Positions 9,923 through 18,779 of a stretch of 64,000 nt of DNA are shown piece after piece. Position numbers and translations under genes: made by a program. Source of the DNA: a virus (Duplodnaviria > Caudoviricetes); IMG/VR virus record IMGVR_UViG_3300049988_000286, positions 1 through 64,000 of that record. One strand, 5' to 3'. How positions within the stretch are numbered: the stretch's first letter is position 1; every line of letters begins with the position of its first letter. The notes under the pieces were generated by a model. It was not told where the DNA came from and made no database searches. It saw only the letters and a list, made by a program, of their open reading frames with translations.

Positions 9923-10548
9923 CAGAAGGAGTAAGCCTTGCGTGTGCGACGGCACTTGATCTGTCCTACGGTGTTGGACTTCTGTCGCGTGCAGAGGGAG
10001 AGCTTCTGCTTGGGATTCTTGAGGACCAGCCCCTCCTGCTCCTCGCCCTTGAGGTTTGCGAATAGCGTCGCGAAGCCCTCGTCGTATTCGACTGGTAACC
10101 AGAGGTTCGGGTTGACCACGAAGTGAGTCATGGTCTCCGTGGCATCATCGGTCATCAGACGATCGTGGAGGATATCCTGACGCTCCTCCTGCGTGGCCCC
10201 AACAAGATACTCGCCATCGTTGACCAGAATATCGTTGACGTAATTGACCTCGCGCAGTCCCGCCACTTTGTTGTGGAGCAACTCGGCCACGAAGACATAC
10301 CAGCCTGTGCCGGGCAGATCGGTGAAGGCGCGCATCACCTCCGGGGTCGGGGTCCACGCCTTGTGGACCTCGTTGTGGCGGTTCATGGCGATGATCGACT
10401 TGTCGGGAGCGACGGCGATCACCGAACAGGTGCCATTTAATTTCGCCTGTGCGATGTAGCCCTGTCGCTGGAAAGTATGAAGGAGCGTCGGGTCAACCGC
10501 GATCTCGGGACGTGGGGGCCACAGGTAGGCGAATTCATCGTAGCGCAT
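9922..10548 (-). CDS. ATP-dependent ligase adenylation-domain-only protein
   Basis: Motif I QAKLNGT, III AEL, IIIa VNDIL, IV EGLVLK, V KCRR; 208 aa with no OB domain. Confidence 0.7.
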   Translation of the reverse strand: MRYDEFAYLWPPRPEIAVDPTLLHTFQRQGYIAQAKLNGTCSVIAVAPDKSIIAMNRHNEVHKAWTPTPEVMRAFTDLPGTGWYVFVAELLHNKVAGLREVNYVNDILVNDGEYLVGATQEERQDILHDRLMTDDATETMTHFVVNPNLWLPVEYDEGFATLFANLKGEEQEGLVLKNPKQKLSLCTRQKSNTVGQIKCRRTRKAYSF

Positions 10549-10591
10549 CGCGATCTCCTAATCGCCCTGATAACCGATCGGCGAACTATCG

Positions 10592-10963
10592 TCAATCCTC
10601 TTCCACGCGCTCCGCCTCGATGATTTCGACGAGTTGTTCGATCATCACCATCAACCCGATCTTTGATGCCAGCGATGGTCGATCGCTGGGTCCGATGATC
10701 TCCTTCGCTCGTGCGAGTACCGTTGCTTGCGCTGCCTTGGCTTCCTCATAGGGGAGACGGGCCGGGAAACCCCTCATGCGAGCGCTGATGTAATAGACCT
10801 CGCTGCTATGCCGCATCGCAATTGGATTGAGGCCCCACATCGGAAGGCCGCTTCCGTCACGCTGTCCCGATGCCGCATAACGACGCAACTCTTCGATCAA
10901 CGCGTCCGGTTGGTCGAACAAGACGCTATCATGGTCGAGTTCGATCAGTGACCGAAAACCCAT
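10592..10963 (-). CDS. hypothetical protein
   Basis: Coupled in minus-strand operon. Confidence 0.6.
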   Translation of the reverse strand: MGFRSLIELDHDSVLFDQPDALIEELRRYAASGQRDGSGLPMWGLNPIAMRHSSEVYYISARMRGFPARLPYEEAKAAQATVLARAKEIIGPSDRPSLASKIGLMVMIEQLVEIIEAERVEED

Positions 10964-11259
10964 CAGCCGATCGCTTGGTTGAGATCAGGACGGAGGTGCA
11001 CCGGCACCCGCTTGAAGGCGCGATCGAGCAGAGCGTCGTTCTCCTCGTGGTAGCGTAACGATGCGGCTTGCACGAGATCGGCATCGTCGAGGCCCGCCCC
11101 GTCAAAGGTATCGCGCGTTGCTTCGTGGATGATCGTGAACGCCCGAACCCGATCCAACCACGGCAACGCGGCGAACCACTGCGCCATCGGCTGTCCGCGA
11201 TAGTCGAAGAGCCGTGTTGCGACGATCATCGCGCGCTGCTCAATGTCCTTCATGCTCAT
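10963..11259 (-). CDS. hypothetical protein
   Basis: ATG overlaps stop of upstream gene. Confidence 0.6.
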   Translation of the reverse strand: MSMKDIEQRAMIVATRLFDYRGQPMAQWFAALPWLDRVRAFTIIHEATRDTFDGAGLDDADLVQAASLRYHEENDALLDRAFKRVPVHLRPDLNQAIG

Positions 11260-11996
11260 ACGCGAATTCCTTGCCCGAACCATGACGGGGTGTTCTGCTC
11301 CGTCATTTGGATGGCCTCTACCCGGCCGATTAACAAATTCTCGGTGTATTCTACCATTTGTTCGTAGCAGCCGCAGCAGTGGCCGTGAAGCTCGGTGTCG
11401 GCGTTGCCATCACTCTCATAGAGGATAGCCCAGCGATGCCCCTCCGGCGCGGGATGCGCGCGGTAAACCTTCTGCTCCGGCAGGACCGATACCGTCCCCT
11501 TGGGGACTTCTTCAAGCGAGAACGTCCAGATGTAGTAGACGATGTGGTTGTCGTCAAAGTCGCCGGTCTCGTCCTCCTCGTAGCCCACGTCGGTGTTCTT
11601 GAAGCGCACCGCCGTTTTGCCCGCAGGAGGGGTGGGCCACGGCGAGGCGTCCAGTCGAGCTACCACGCCGACAAGGCCCACGGTGGGGGCTTCCTCGCCA
11701 CGCCAGTCGATCTGCGCCTCGTTGATGCGCACGGTTGCGCCGACCGGGAAGCTCTTGGGGCCATGTTCGATCTTCTCGGCGATGCGGCGCTCATGATCGG
11801 CGATCAACCGAAGCGCGGTGGTGGCTTCGAGAAGATCAAGCTGGACCTCCCGGTATTCCTCGCTGCCGCGCTCGTAGCGTTCCAATCGCATCGTGTTCGT
11901 CTCGACGATCAACTCAACCGTCTTGGCGAGTGATTCCGAAATCCCTCGATTGTCGGCAAGGATTTCCTTCACGAGTTTGAGAATGCTGTCACTCAT
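11256..11996 (-). CDS. hypothetical protein (coiled coil plus SH3-like region)
   Basis: ATGA coupling; 246 aa. Confidence 0.6.
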   Translation of the reverse strand: MSDSILKLVKEILADNRGISESLAKTVELIVETNTMRLERYERGSEEYREVQLDLLEATTALRLIADHERRIAEKIEHGPKSFPVGATVRINEAQIDWRGEEAPTVGLVGVVARLDASPWPTPPAGKTAVRFKNTDVGYEEDETGDFDDNHIVYYIWTFSLEEVPKGTVSVLPEQKVYRAHPAPEGHRWAILYESDGNADTELHGHCCGCYEQMVEYTENLLIGRVEAIQMTEQNTPSWFGQGIRV

Positions 11997-12181
11997 ATCC
12001 CGAACCTCTCGCGGCAACGCATCACCATGGCGGCGACATCCTTGGGTTCACGCTCGAAGAGATGGGCGACCATCATCACCGGCACGACGTAGCTCATCTC
12101 TTCGTCGCCCAACTCCTCCTCGCCGTTCATTGCGAGGTACTCCACGGCTTCGCGGATACCGATTTGGCGGGCGCGCGTCAT
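11993..12181 (-). CDS. hypothetical protein
   Basis: Coupled 62 aa ORF. Confidence 0.55.
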   Translation of the reverse strand: MTRARQIGIREAVEYLAMNGEEELGDEEMSYVVPVMMVAHLFEREPKDVAAMVMRCRERFGI

Positions 12182-12768
12182 CCGCCGATCAACTCAACGT
12201 AACGGTCGCGGAACGTCTTGAAACTCGGAACCTGCTGCGTGTCGAACTTGGTCCCGGTGTCGGTCAGCACCTTTCGCGTTTCCTCGACCATCTGCTCGGA
12301 ACGAAGCGTGAGCACAGCCGCGAAAAAACTCTCCGCCGTCGCGGTGGTGACCTGACCCTCGTTCTCCTTCGCCTCCGCCAGCAAGGCATCGCGGACCGCC
12401 TCGAAGGACTCGGGAAGCGTGTTCTGCTCCGCCAGCGCCGCCGCAGCGCGCTTGATGTTCTGGAAACCGAAGGCCGCGCCCATGCGCGCGATCCCATCGA
12501 CTACCGAATCCATCTTGTCGCCGCCGAACATGCGCTCGACCGTATGACGCACGGCATCGCGGCGCAGATCATCCATCGTCTCACCGTTGTAGCGGACGAA
12601 GAAATACTCCTCGCGCTCCGCCTCGTCGCCGCCCCAAGCCGTCGCCATCATGAGGATGCCGCCGACATTCTTGGCGATCGGCTCACCCCGAATGATACCG
12701 TCGAGGAAGGACTGCTTCGATTCCGCGACGAGATCGTCGAAGCTGTCGATGTTGATGCGCTTGCCCAT
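12178..12768 (-). CDS. hypothetical protein
   Basis: SD GAGG; downstream of promoter at about 12797-12822. Confidence 0.65.
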   Translation of the reverse strand: MGKRINIDSFDDLVAESKQSFLDGIIRGEPIAKNVGGILMMATAWGGDEAEREEYFFVRYNGETMDDLRRDAVRHTVERMFGGDKMDSVVDGIARMGAAFGFQNIKRAAAALAEQNTLPESFEAVRDALLAEAKENEGQVTTATAESFFAAVLTLRSEQMVEETRKVLTDTGTKFDTQQVPSFKTFRDRYVELIGG

Positions 12769-12796
12769 GGTGATTTCCTCGTTGATATCGCTCCTC

Positions 12797-12822
12797 TATA
12801 AACGATTTAAGCGAACTGTCAA
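12797..12822 (-). promoter_or_regulatory. sigma70-type early promoter
   Basis: TTGACA-gttcgcttaaatcgtt-TATAGA on minus strand. Confidence 0.7.
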
Positions 12823-13211
12823 TCGTCTTTCCACTTCGGTGCGCCCCTAACCGCATCCGGCTGCACCTCTGCGCCGGTTTTCGTGTCGGCGAGGTACTGA
12901 CGGTCGTAGGGAGCGCGATCTCCGGCACGAGGGCAGTCGTGCATCTGGTTCTTGTTCAGCGCCACGTACTGGTCGTCGAATTTGCTCCCACTGGTGATCC
13001 ACCAGCGGCAGCCGAACTGATCCTCAACCTTGAAGTAACGCCCGCGCGAGAAATCAGGTTGGCGGTAGCGCTCTGCGTGCTTGACCTCGCCTCGCGCTAC
13101 CGCATTGCTGACCGCCTTCTCGCTCTCCTGCTGATACTCGACGAACCGATCTCCACGATGCGGCGCGCTACAACTAGCAAGGAGGAGAGACATCAGAACA
13201 AGGCGTCGCAT
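12819..13211 (-). CDS. putative lipoprotein
   Basis: MRRLVLMSLLLASC lipobox-like signal. Confidence 0.6.
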   Translation of the reverse strand: MRRLVLMSLLLASCSAPHRGDRFVEYQQESEKAVSNAVARGEVKHAERYRQPDFSRGRYFKVEDQFGCRWWITSGSKFDDQYVALNKNQMHDCPRAGDRAPYDRQYLADTKTGAEVQPDAVRGAPKWKDD

Positions 13212-13507
13212 CAGTGCCCTTTCGGTGAATATCCAGCGATGTGCTGGGAGAGTGATTCGCCACGAGTGCGCAAACCACTATACAGCCAGATTGGCCATGT
13301 CGCTGCCAGCAGATAACACTGCGGGTCGCGGAGATATTTGCCAGACTGCGGGAAGGTGAAGAGGGCAAGGGCGATCGGTAGGCCGATGGCGTACACGATG
13401 AGCGAATCCCTCCACCCTAGAGTGACGGTAACGCCGACGAAGGTGACGGTAATAAGGACCGTCACGAAGATCGACATGAAGTTATAAACAGCGGCTCGAA
13501 CCATCAC
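13211..13507 (-). CDS. small membrane protein
   Basis: Two to three hydrophobic segments. Confidence 0.6.
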   Translation of the reverse strand: MMVRAAVYNFMSIFVTVLITVTFVGVTVTLGWRDSLIVYAIGLPIALALFTFPQSGKYLRDPQCYLLAATWPIWLYSGLRTRGESLSQHIAGYSPKGH

Positions 13508-14088
13508 TTTCCCTTCACCAGCGCGGACAGTCGCTGCGCCATGGCATCGATCTTCTCCACGCCCTCGATCGTCTCCTGAAACGAACCCTCGGCGAGATCA
13601 GCGGCGGTGTCGAGCAACGCGGCGATCATGCGGTCCTTTACCCAGCGATCACCATCGTCGGAACCTCGAATCATCTCCTCCGCTATCTTGCGTAGAAGCC
13701 CGCCCGCGTTCACACGGCTGTAGCTTCTATATTCGAGATTGTAGAGTTCATCGTCGCTGCCCTGAACAACAATGTCGCCTTCGAGGAAGTCGAGAATTGC
13801 GCTCGTGGCGGGATGATCGGACAACGGATTGTTCAGCAGCGAGAACTCGACATCGCCGTTGGTCTCGCTGGGATGCAGATGCGTGTAGATCGCAGGGGAG
13901 GAATGGCCCCCCACTGCGAAATGCTTCTGTCCCACTATCCCGTAGTATCCCGCCACGCCGCCGTAGACGCGATCAAGATCGACCCACGTGTTACCGTGGA
14001 TGATCGAGGTGTCGAGTATCGAGGCTTTCACACCTCGATACTGCCACAAGCCGACATAATCCTCCGGCTTCATCTTATATCGCGTCAT
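13504..14088 (-). CDS. hypothetical protein
   Basis: SD AGGGG before ATG at 14088. Confidence 0.6.
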   Translation of the reverse strand: MTRYKMKPEDYVGLWQYRGVKASILDTSIIHGNTWVDLDRVYGGVAGYYGIVGQKHFAVGGHSSPAIYTHLHPSETNGDVEFSLLNNPLSDHPATSAILDFLEGDIVVQGSDDELYNLEYRSYSRVNAGGLLRKIAEEMIRGSDDGDRWVKDRMIAALLDTAADLAEGSFQETIEGVEKIDAMAQRLSALVKGK

Positions 14089-14092
14089 CCCC

Positions 14093-14752
14093 TTACGCCT
14101 CGGTGGTCTCGGGCTCGGGCGACATGATGGTGTCGAGGATCGCCCAGAAATCACCCTCGATCTTCGGCGTGATCGACATCGTGGACACGAGCGGCAGGAG
14201 CAGTTCCATCTCCTCGGCGGTCTTCTTGAACACCGCGTCCATCGACTCCTCGGTGGCGATGTCGATCGAGACCTCCTCCTGCTTCATCAGGAAGTCCTCC
14301 GGGAGATCGACGTTGGCGAGTGCCTCCTCGACCTTGGCATGGATCGCCATGTCGTGGGTGTAGGCGGGATTGATGATGAACGCTTCGGGCGTCTTCACGA
14401 CGCGATCGAAGCCGATCTCATGCTTGCCCAGAATGACCTTCTCGTCGTCCGTCAGCTTCGAGGCCGACGAACGGCCCTTCAACTGGCACGAACCCTCCGC
14501 CGCGCCCTCGACGCCCTTGAAGTTGTCGGGGCGCTTCTTGCTCTCCGTCGCCTTGTCGATGAAGTGAGTGAGCATTTGACCCTTGAGGCCCGCCTCCTCG
14601 ACCGCCGCCAAGGCTTCGAGCGACTTGATCGCCGCCTTGATGGCCGAGAACCGCTCCATGCCGGTCAGTGCGACCTTCTCGGCCTTGGGCTTCTTCGAAG
14701 TCGGGGCCGGAGCCGAGATCACCGCTGCGCTACCGAAAAGACCCTTGGCCAT
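14093..14752 (-). CDS. hypothetical protein
   Basis: SD AAGGA; 219 aa with typical codon use. Confidence 0.7.
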   Translation of the reverse strand: MAKGLFGSAAVISAPAPTSKKPKAEKVALTGMERFSAIKAAIKSLEALAAVEEAGLKGQMLTHFIDKATESKKRPDNFKGVEGAAEGSCQLKGRSSASKLTDDEKVILGKHEIGFDRVVKTPEAFIINPAYTHDMAIHAKVEEALANVDLPEDFLMKQEEVSIDIATEESMDAVFKKTAEEMELLLPLVSTMSITPKIEGDFWAILDTIMSPEPETTEA

Positions 14753-14901
14753 GCTGAATTCCTTGTTTGCGTTTGTCTTGCCCCCCTTCTAGCAGAAACA
14801 GAGTTCGGGTCAAGCGCCAAATCGTTTTTCGTTGATTATTTTGTAATGGGTGGAGCGATGGGGGCGTTTATAATGAGCGTCACGCTGATCGCGGCACTCC
14901 A

Positions 14902-15525
14902 CTAATCTAATGATTGATGGAGAGCCAGAAATTGATCGTTGTATTTCCGAATCCTTCGGAGTGCACCGCCGTAGCAACGAAAACGATCTCGCGAAGAAGC
15001 ACCTTCATCAAGATTAGTGAGGCAACCACCGCGACCTAGTAAGCCGAAGATGTCGATTAGCTTACTCTCGAAGGCGAGCGCTTGATTCATAGTAAGGTCG
15101 GACTTCAACACTTTTATTTCGGGTGAAAGTTTAGCCATAGCGATCTTTTCACAGCACTTACGGTGCGTTTCGTTTCGTTTCGTGTCATAGGCACGTCGCC
15201 CATGCCCCATGCCGATGTAAAACGGTTCGAAAAACATCCCGTAAGAAGCAGCGAAAGCACCAAGCCCTCTGGACACGTTGAGTTTACGGGTAGGATCGCA
15301 GTGTGCGTAAACATAGAAGTGCTTTTCGCCGTCAGAGTCATCGTTATAAAGATGATCGATATCTGTGTCGCAAATCTCCAATGCCGCTTCAAAGATATCT
15401 CGATTCTTTTCCTTCTTGGTGACTCTCGTTGTATCTAATTGCAGCATACGGGTTTTGCATTTTTGGAAAACCGCTTTGACGCTCTCGTAGCTGTCCCAGT
15501 CAATTTCAAATGCTCTCGTTTTCAT
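14902..15525 (-). CDS. GIY-YIG (LEM-3-like) putative homing endonuclease
   Basis: FYVYAHCDP...PFYIGMG...RRAY...ESKLI...GGCLTN; AT-rich; abuts tmRNA gene. Confidence 0.7.
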   Translation of the reverse strand: MKTRAFEIDWDSYESVKAVFQKCKTRMLQLDTTRVTKKEKNRDIFEAALEICDTDIDHLYNDDSDGEKHFYVYAHCDPTRKLNVSRGLGAFAASYGMFFEPFYIGMGHGRRAYDTKRNETHRKCCEKIAMAKLSPEIKVLKSDLTMNQALAFESKLIDIFGLLGRGGCLTNLDEGASSRDRFRCYGGALRRIRKYNDQFLALHQSLD

Positions 15526-15526
15526 A

Positions 15527-15555
15527 TTGACACGCTTTGATCCACGGTATAAATA
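15527..15555 (+). promoter_or_regulatory. promoter for tmRNA (TTGACA plus overlapping TATAAATA)
   Basis: TTGACA at 15527, TATAAATA at 15548. Confidence 0.6.
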
Positions 15556-15559
15556 GGTC

Positions 15560-15905
15560 TTGTAGCCGATTATGAGGGTTCTACCCTCGTTGAGATCGGA
15601 CGCCAATATGTTTTGCGGACGAAAGTTCAAATCTTTCCGACTCCACCATGACCCTAGTTTCCTGTACCGGCAGAGAAGCGTTACCACGTAAGAGGTGGGT
15701 CATGATGGGGTCGAGCCGGGATCGACGGGAAACGGAAAGGCTTCGAAAGGTTACAGGGTGGCTCCCACAGCCTCGTTTTAATTGTCAACGACAACGACAT
15801 TCGCATGGCGATTGCGGCGTAAGCCCAATCCCCCAGCACGGTTGAGCGGCACCGGGTAACAGAAGCCGCTCGGGAGGGATCGTGGGAAACCACGGTCCCT
15901 TTTTT
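15560..15905 (+). ncRNA. ssrA: two-piece (circularly permuted) tmRNA
   Basis: T-arm GAAAG-TTCAAAT-CTTTC and acceptor 3' strand CGACTCC-A-CCA end at 15648. The 5' strand GGGGTCG...GGGATCGACGGG starts at 15707. Tag frame 15784-15822 reads VNDNDIRMAIAA*. Terminator at 15876-15905. The 5' limit is approximate. Confidence 0.9.
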
Positions 15906-16025
15906 CATGTCTGCGCACGATCGTTTTTGCCCATTGCGCCCAAGGATCACCTCCGCTAGTAAACCAGATCAATCGATCGGCATTAAAGTAGTGCTATATA
16001 AGAGGTAGTAGAAACAGGACGCAAT

Positions 16026-17222
16026 ATGGCTGCCACCAAGTTACTGACAGTATTGAACGCGATCGGTCGAGAGTTGACGGCCGAACTTGATGTTTCAAAG
16101 CTAGTAGATAAGATCGTTCACCATGGTGTAGAACTCACGAATGCCGATTTTGCGGCGTTCTTCTACCACGGTAAGGGCGAACAAGGCGAGGTGTTGGAGT
16201 TCGAGGCCGTTGCTGGCGCTCGGCTGGAAGACTTTGGTGATATCGGTCGTCCATCGGCGACCAAGCTTTTGGCCAGTCACCTCGAAGATGGCGTAACACG
16301 CGTCAACGATGTGCTGATTGATCCGCGTTTCGGCCATGGTGTGCATGGCGGAATGCCACCCAATCATCTTCCAGTCCGTTCCTACATGGCTGTTCCGGTG
16401 TTGGACAAAACGGTCGCGGGTGGACGCTTCGGTAGTATTCTTCTCGGTCACCCCGAGCCCAATCGCTTCACTGACTTGGACGAGCAGATCATCATCGGAT
16501 TAGCGGCATTGGCCGCAATCTCGATGAACAATGCCACCCTGTACGCAGAGGCCCAGCGCGAATTACAAGAGCGGCGAGAAGCCGAGACGGCGCTCCGGGA
16601 TGCACTCGACCGTCAGAAGCTTCTCCTTGACGAACTCAACCATCGAGTGAAGAATACCCTCTCCTCCATCCAGTCAATTGCGATCCAGACCAAGAACTCA
16701 ATCTCGGTCAAATACGATGAACCCACCATCGAGCAGTTCTACTTCGCGTTTGAATCACGCCTCCTGTCTTTGAGCCGCGCACATGATCTACTCGTCAAGG
16801 GTGCATGGGTGGGTGTTGGTCTCGACGAAGCGATACGGGCAGCAGTCGGTCCCGTCATGGTCAATCAAAACCGTATCAGCGTGTCGGGGCCACCGATTAT
16901 CTTGAGCCCTAACGCCGTGGTGACCATGAACATGGCCTTCCACGAACTCGCCTGTAATGCGCTCAAATACGGCGCTCTCTCGTCCGAGGATGGTAGTATC
17001 CGGGTGGGATGGAACACCGATGGTAAGACGGTGGAGATCACGTGGAAGGAACGCGGCGGACCAAAGCTTAACGAGCCGTTGAGTAGCGGATTTGGCACAC
17101 GCCTCATCGAAAGGGGAGCGATGCGCGAACTCGGAGGCTTGGCAAAGCTCCATTTTGACCGTAACGGTCTGCGTTGTGTTATGACAGTTCCTGTATCAAG
17201 CAAAGTGTCGGTGGTAGTATGA
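16026..17222 (+). CDS. GAF-HWE sensor histidine kinase
   Basis: GAF (HLPVRSYMAVPV...GHPEPNRF), H-box ELNHRVKNTL, HELACNALKYGALS, WKERGGP, GFGTRLI. Confidence 0.93.
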   Translation: MAATKLLTVLNAIGRELTAELDVSKLVDKIVHHGVELTNADFAAFFYHGKGEQGEVLEFEAVAGARLEDFGDIGRPSATKLLASHLEDGVTRVNDVLIDPRFGHGVHGGMPPNHLPVRSYMAVPVLDKTVAGGRFGSILLGHPEPNRFTDLDEQIIIGLAALAAISMNNATLYAEAQRELQERREAETALRDALDRQKLLLDELNHRVKNTLSSIQSIAIQTKNSISVKYDEPTIEQFYFAFESRLLSLSRAHDLLVKGAWVGVGLDEAIRAAVGPVMVNQNRISVSGPPIILSPNAVVTMNMAFHELACNALKYGALSSEDGSIRVGWNTDGKTVEITWKERGGPKLNEPLSSGFGTRLIERGAMRELGGLAKLHFDRNGLRCVMTVPVSSKVSVVV

Positions 17223-17569
17223 AGGTTATGATTGTCGAAGACGAGACCATGGTGAGCATGTTGGTCGAGGACATGCTCATTGATGCCGGGCACACGCCGG
17301 TAGGCCCCGCTGCTTGTGTCGCGGACGCCTTGGCCCTGATTGACACAGAGACCTTCGACGCAGCGTTGCTCGACATCAACCTCGGCGGGGTGGAGACTGC
17401 GTTCCCGGTCGCGGATCGCCTCGATGAACTTGGTATCCCGTACGCGCTCGTGAGCGGCTACGATCCCACCGGGATCGACACGCGATACTCCCACGTGCCA
17501 AAGTTGCAGAAGCCGTTCTCGCATGGGGCTTTCCGCCTCACGATCGCGAGTTTGGGTGAGCGAGTATAA
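17219..17569 (+). CDS. single-domain response regulator (receiver only)
   Basis: MIVEDE, ALLDINLGG, VSGY, LQKPF; ATGA coupling to the kinase. Confidence 0.92.
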   Translation: MKVMIVEDETMVSMLVEDMLIDAGHTPVGPAACVADALALIDTETFDAALLDINLGGVETAFPVADRLDELGIPYALVSGYDPTGIDTRYSHVPKLQKPFSHGAFRLTIASLGERV

Positions 17570-17629
17570 AAAAATTATCGTCACTGAAAATAGTGGTTGA
17601 CCGGTCACCGAACTCTGCTAGAAGGGGGT

Positions 17630-17838
17630 CATCGAAACGAAGCAAGCTTCGGATCAACCAACGCAGGAGGCGATTATGTAACGGCAAGGGCCAACCCTTC
17701 TAGGAGCCAAGGGTTTTTAGTGACAGAAAGTCAGCGGCGCGCGTGATCATCGCGCAGCCTTCGGCGCAGAGCGCCAAGAGGAAGTGTTATCATCATCACT
17801 CTAACCTAGACGCCATCGAGCAATCGGTGGCGTCTTTC
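17630..17838 (+). ncRNA. candidate structured small RNA containing SD-AUG-UAA
   Basis: TTGACC/TAGAAG promoter at 17597-17624; several hairpins; terminal stem AGACGCCATCGA-gcaa-TCGGTGGCGTCT then TTC. Confidence 0.45.
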
Positions 17839-17855
17839 AGTTCAAGGAGGGCGCG

Positions 17856-18038
17856 ATGGGAAAATGGTCACAACTCGGGCTGGCAATCTCGCAGCGCGTG
17901 CATCACGCCCCGGTGAAAACCGTGCGGGCTACGAACAAGCCTCGACGCAAGAAAACTCCGCCTTCCCCGACGCTGTTCGAGATGTGCGGACGAGACCGCG
18001 ACCCTCTCGACGATCCCTTGGACGATCTTTACCGCTGA
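17856..18038 (+). CDS. hypothetical protein
   Basis: Strong SD AAGGAGG; 60 aa. Confidence 0.55.
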   Translation: MGKWSQLGLAISQRVHHAPVKTVRATNKPRRKKTPPSPTLFEMCGRDRDPLDDPLDDLYR

Positions 18039-18370
18039 TCCCGCCGTCCCGGCACACCCATGAGGCGGAACATCACAGCGTCGGTCTCTTCGAAGAAGTG
18101 CAGCCGCATCCGATCGATGGTTGCGCCCCGACCGCCGATGTAGCGTCCGGTCACGTACCAAGGCGAGCCCTCATAGTCGAGCCACGCCTCCTCGATTACG
18201 CGGTCATAAACATCATCGAGCGTCAACGTGACGCTGGTCGCGCACTTACCCCAATAATCGGCCCGGTAATCGTAGGCGCGCATAACAGGCTGCTGGCGAT
18301 GGCCTTCGCGAGGGAAGCCCATTGACCAAAGGTCATTGTCGGCAATCAGGTAGTCGGTCAGACTGATCAT
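18029..18370 (-). CDS. FxxExDA-family protein
   Basis: FFEETDAVMFRLMG. Confidence 0.65.
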   Translation of the reverse strand: MISLTDYLIADNDLWSMGFPREGHRQQPVMRAYDYRADYWGKCATSVTLTLDDVYDRVIEEAWLDYEGSPWYVTGRYIGGRGATIDRMRLHFFEETDAVMFRLMGVPGRRDQR

Positions 18371-18708
18371 TCGCCTAATCCCCACATGCGCATCATGGCG
18401 TAGTCGGAGCGACTCTCGAACCAGAACTCATCAATGACAATGACGGTAAATCGCTGTCCGAATGAATCCGTCTCTTCGGCACTGCGGCCCATGACGAGCC
18501 ACCGTGCCTCCGTCTCGAAGTCGAGGAGGTCTTCATTGATTTCGTCAAGATTGCCCGTGATCTTGTGCTGTAGCACTTCCCTCATCGCGGCGGCACGGGC
18601 GTAGCGGCGCAGGAGCGGGCGATCGAGATGATTGACCGGGATCATCATGCGCGACTTCCCATCGCGGAATACTGGTCGCCGTTCATTGAAGAGTCTGCTC
18701 GTGAACAT
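18367..18708 (-). CDS. FxxExDA-family protein
   Basis: FESRSDYAMMRMWG. Confidence 0.6.
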   Translation of the reverse strand: MFTSRLFNERRPVFRDGKSRMMIPVNHLDRPLLRRYARAAAMREVLQHKITGNLDEINEDLLDFETEARWLVMGRSAEETDSFGQRFTVIVIDEFWFESRSDYAMMRMWGLGE

Positions 18709-18779
18709 CACACCCGCGATACTCGCTAGTTCGCAGCCGGGCAATTGTTTTCTCCGCCCCGGCGTGATATCCGTGCATC

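Noticed and set aside
15526-15687. N-terminal extension of the GIY-YIG ORF to 15687
   Set aside because: It runs antisense through the tmRNA acceptor piece; ATG at 15525 is the more plausible start.
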